In this document: positions 61,096 to 64,000 of the stretch, one piece after another
How the letters are laid out: each line of letters begins with the position of its first letter
Position numbering within the stretch: the stretch's first letter is position 1
The notes under the pieces: model-generated
Told to the model about the DNA's origin: nothing
Databases searched by the model: none
The model's input: only the letters and a program-made list of their open reading frames with translations
Program-made: the position numbers and the translations under genes
NCBI GenBank assembly: GCA_038087875.1
Contig: CM075990.1
Location: 15,192,001-15,256,000 of the forward strand
DNA from: Malacoraja senta
Lineage: Eukaryota
Reading direction: 5' to 3'
Length of the DNA: 64,000 bases

Positions 61096-62942
61096 AAATA
61101 ACTCAAGTGGAGTAAACACATCTCTAGGTAGTTGCCAACTCTATTTCATCTCCAACATCTGTCAGATGTTGTTACCAACAATGATTTGTTAATTGGATGG
61201 TACTAATTTGTGTTTGTAGGGAAAGAGATTATTAAGCCTCCTAGTGTGATAACAATTGTTTTCATAAATGCTTCCATCCAGCAAGGGAACAAGTAAACAG
61301 AGATAACTCTCAAAAGGTGAATAATTCAGAGCTGTGAAATGCAATTGCAAAGTTACTACATTTAGATCTTTATTTTCTTCCCAGAATGGGAGTAATGTTT
61401 ATTTGTAATAAGAAGGTAATACCCACATGCTCAGTATTCATTCTGCAGCAGATCCTGCTTACATTTAGCGTCATAGAGTGATACAGTGTGGAAACAGGCC
61501 TTTAGGCCCAACTTGCCTACACCGGCCAACATGTCCCATCTACACTACTCATCTCTATCCTGCACTTGCGTGTTTTATCCTGTACAATGTGGTGGTTCTA
61601 TTCTCCCTGTTCCTGTTTTATCTCTTGAAGTCACTAAACTTCCCAAAAAAATCTGAGCTGCACCAAAAATCGGACTTGATTATTCCCAGTTTTAATCACT
61701 CCCCCACTGACACCAAAGATGCTGCCTGCCAAATTCTTGAGCCCTGGAACTCGCTTCCAAAATCTGACTCATATTTCTCTTTTAAAGTCTACTCTGGTTA
61801 ATCTTTTGGCCTTCTTCGCTGACATCTTCTTCTGCGCCAAGGCATCAATTTTAATATTTTGATAAAAGCCCTGTGAAGCATCAGGGGATATTAATTCAAA
61901 GGTGCTGCACAAATAGAAAGCACCAGAGAATATTTAGGGAGGATATTGCAGCGATGAAGCCCTTGTGGAGGAGAAGGAAAGGTGCCGTTGAGACTGGAAA
62001 ACAAGATGTGAAACAAAGATTGCATCGTACAACTGCATTCCAACTGGTGTTGTATCTCAGTTGCATTCCCGTTGATTAGAGTACCTGGCATAACAACCTT
62101 CCTAGCACCACTCAAACATGAGACACCCTTATCAACTCCAAGAAGAACCATTAGTTTCATCTCTGCAATGTCATCCTTAAATATTTCCTGCTGTTTTCCC
62201 AGCTACATGTCAAAGTTGATCTGCTGCCATTTTGCCAGCCGGCCTTCGTCTCGGTCCTCATCTTGACCATTTGAAGACCACATTTCATATTGGATCTGAC
62301 TGGAGAATTAGCCTGGGTCAATAAATCATTCAAAGCACAAAGGGTTAGATGAACTTAAGGGGACAAGCAGCATCTGCGGAATGAAATGGACGGATAACTT
62401 TTCTGGTCGGGAACTTTTATTCAGACTGATGGAGCAGAGAATAGCTGATGGAGGTGAGAGGGTGGGGTGGGGAAAGGGCTTGCAAGTGATAGATGGATTC
62501 TGGAGCTGAGAAGTGGAATGGCAGATGAGTGATGGTGGCAATAGTAACCAAGGCTGGAGGTGATGAGTGGAGGAGACAAAAGGGTACAAATGGTGGAATC
62601 TGATAAAGAAGGAAGAAAGTTCTCGACCAACAACATCGCTTGTGCATTTCCCTCCACAGATGATGCCTGACCCGCTGAGTTCCTCCAGCACTTTGTGTTT
62701 TACTCAGGATTCCAGCATCTGCAGTTTCTTGAGTTGCCAGCAAATCATTCCTGGTTTTACTTCTCTGGGAATGCTAGGACCTAAAGAATGTCCAGTCTGA
62801 CAACCCCCCAGAACAAAGGGGCCTGCAGCAGTATTTAAATGGATACCTACATAGTAACCAATTAATTTAGAATTTATATTAAAATGCAACATTTTTATAT
62901 CTGACAAAATATTATTGATTTCTGCTTTTTATTGATTTTTGG

Positions 62943-63247
62943 GACAGCACGGTGGCGCAGAGGTAGAGTTGCTACCTGACAGTGCCAGAAACCCAGGTTT
63001 AATCCTGACTACGGATGCTATCTGTATGGAGTTTGCATGTCCTCCCTGTGACCGCGTGGGTTTTCTACGGGTGCTCCGGTTTCCTCCCACACTCCAAAGA
63101 GGCACAGATTTGTAGGTTAATTGGTTTCTGTAAATTGTAAAAATTGTCCCTAGTGTGTGTAGGACAGTCAGTGTGTGTGTAAGGGGTGATCGTTGATCAG
63201 GGCAGGCTCGGTGGGCCGAAGGGCCTGTTTCCACACTGTATCTCTGA
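62943..63247 (+). mobile_element. V-type SINE
   Basis: Full copy of the 573-870 family. Confidence 0.88.
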
Positions 63248-63253
63248 AGTAGA

Positions 63254-63600
63254 TACATAGATACATAGAAAATAGGTGCAGGAGTAGGCCATTCGGCCCT
63301 TCGAGCCTGCACCGCCATTCAATATGATCATGGCTGATCATCCAACTCAGTATCCCGTACCTGCCTTCTCTCCATACCCCCTGATCCCTTTAGCCACAAG
63401 GGCCACATCTAACTCCCTCTTAAATATAGCCAATGAACTGGCCTCAACTACCCTCTGTGGCAGAGAGTTCCAGAGATTCACCACTCTCTGTGTGAAAAAG
63501 TTTTTCCTCATCTCGGTCCTAAAGGATTTCCCCCTTATCCTTAAGCTGTGACCCCTTGTCCTGGACTTCCCCAACATCGGGAACAATCTTCCTGCATCTA
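63254..63600 (-). mobile_element. CR1/HER1-type LINE 3' end (young)
   Basis: FPMLGKSRTRGHSLRIRGKSFRTEMRKNFFTQRVVNLWNSLPQRVVEA...GYGEKAGTGY*. Nearly identical to 50515-50853. Confidence 0.92.
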
Positions 63601-63769
63601 AGTGTACTGTAAAGTTGAATCAACCTTTCAACTATATCCTGCAGCTCAGCAGGGTTGATGCCCAAATGAGTTTGATGAAAACTCAAACTAAGCAGCACAT
63701 AACCTGATCCTGTCCAGTAGACAAGAGTGTCTGTTGGCAGATTGTTTAAAAACAAAGAAAATAAATTCA

Positions 63770-63994
63770 AAGGTACACAAAAGTGCTGGAGAAACTCAGC
63801 GGGTGCAGCAGCATCTATGGAACGAAGGAAATAGGCAACGTATCGGGCCGAAAACCCTTCTAAATTCAGGTTTAAGAAGGAACTGCAGATGCTGGAAAAT
63901 CGAAGGTAGACAAAAATGCTGGAGAAACTCAGCGGGTGCAGCAGCATCTATGGAGCGAAGGAAATAGGCAACGTTTCGGCCGAAACCCTTCTTC
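63770..63994 (-). repeat. Tandem pair of Penelope terminal repeats
   Basis: Two same-strand copies (about 63770-63862 and 63870-63994); both hammerhead cores are incomplete. Confidence 0.8.
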
Positions 63995-64000
63995 CTTTTC

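Overview
Repeat-rich, AT-leaning vertebrate intronic or intergenic DNA. The repeat set (HE1/V-type tRNA-derived SINEs, HER1/CR1-type LINE 3' ends, Rex1/Babar, RTE, L1, Penelope-like elements, PIF/Harbinger-type MITEs) points to a cartilaginous fish, probably a skate or ray (inference). I cannot support any host protein-coding exon. Every ORF I recognise is a retroelement fragment. The most interesting signal is RNA structure, in two classes of predicted self-cleaving ribozyme carried by short non-autonomous retroelements. (1) Two different 140-160 bp insertions (27451-27610 and 31642-31781) have target-site duplications (TSDs) and (AAG)n tails. Each starts exactly at G1 of a minimal HDV/CPEB3-like ribozyme fold, and P1 and P2 differ in sequence between the two while keeping their pairing. 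(2) More than 20 Penelope-derived repeats carry a minimal hammerhead motif (CTGAAGA-A-stem II-GAAACGT[C/T]). They occur as solo inserts with TSDs, tandem pairs, inverted palindromes and a 66-bp tandem array. Also present: an isolated tRNA-Tyr 3' exon, a perfect 23-bp inverted repeat pair spanning 494 bp, a young L1 3' end with a 28-bp TSD, and repeat-free stretches that may be conserved non-coding elements. All folds and family assignments were made by eye. No activity is demonstrated, and boundaries of old repeats are approximate.
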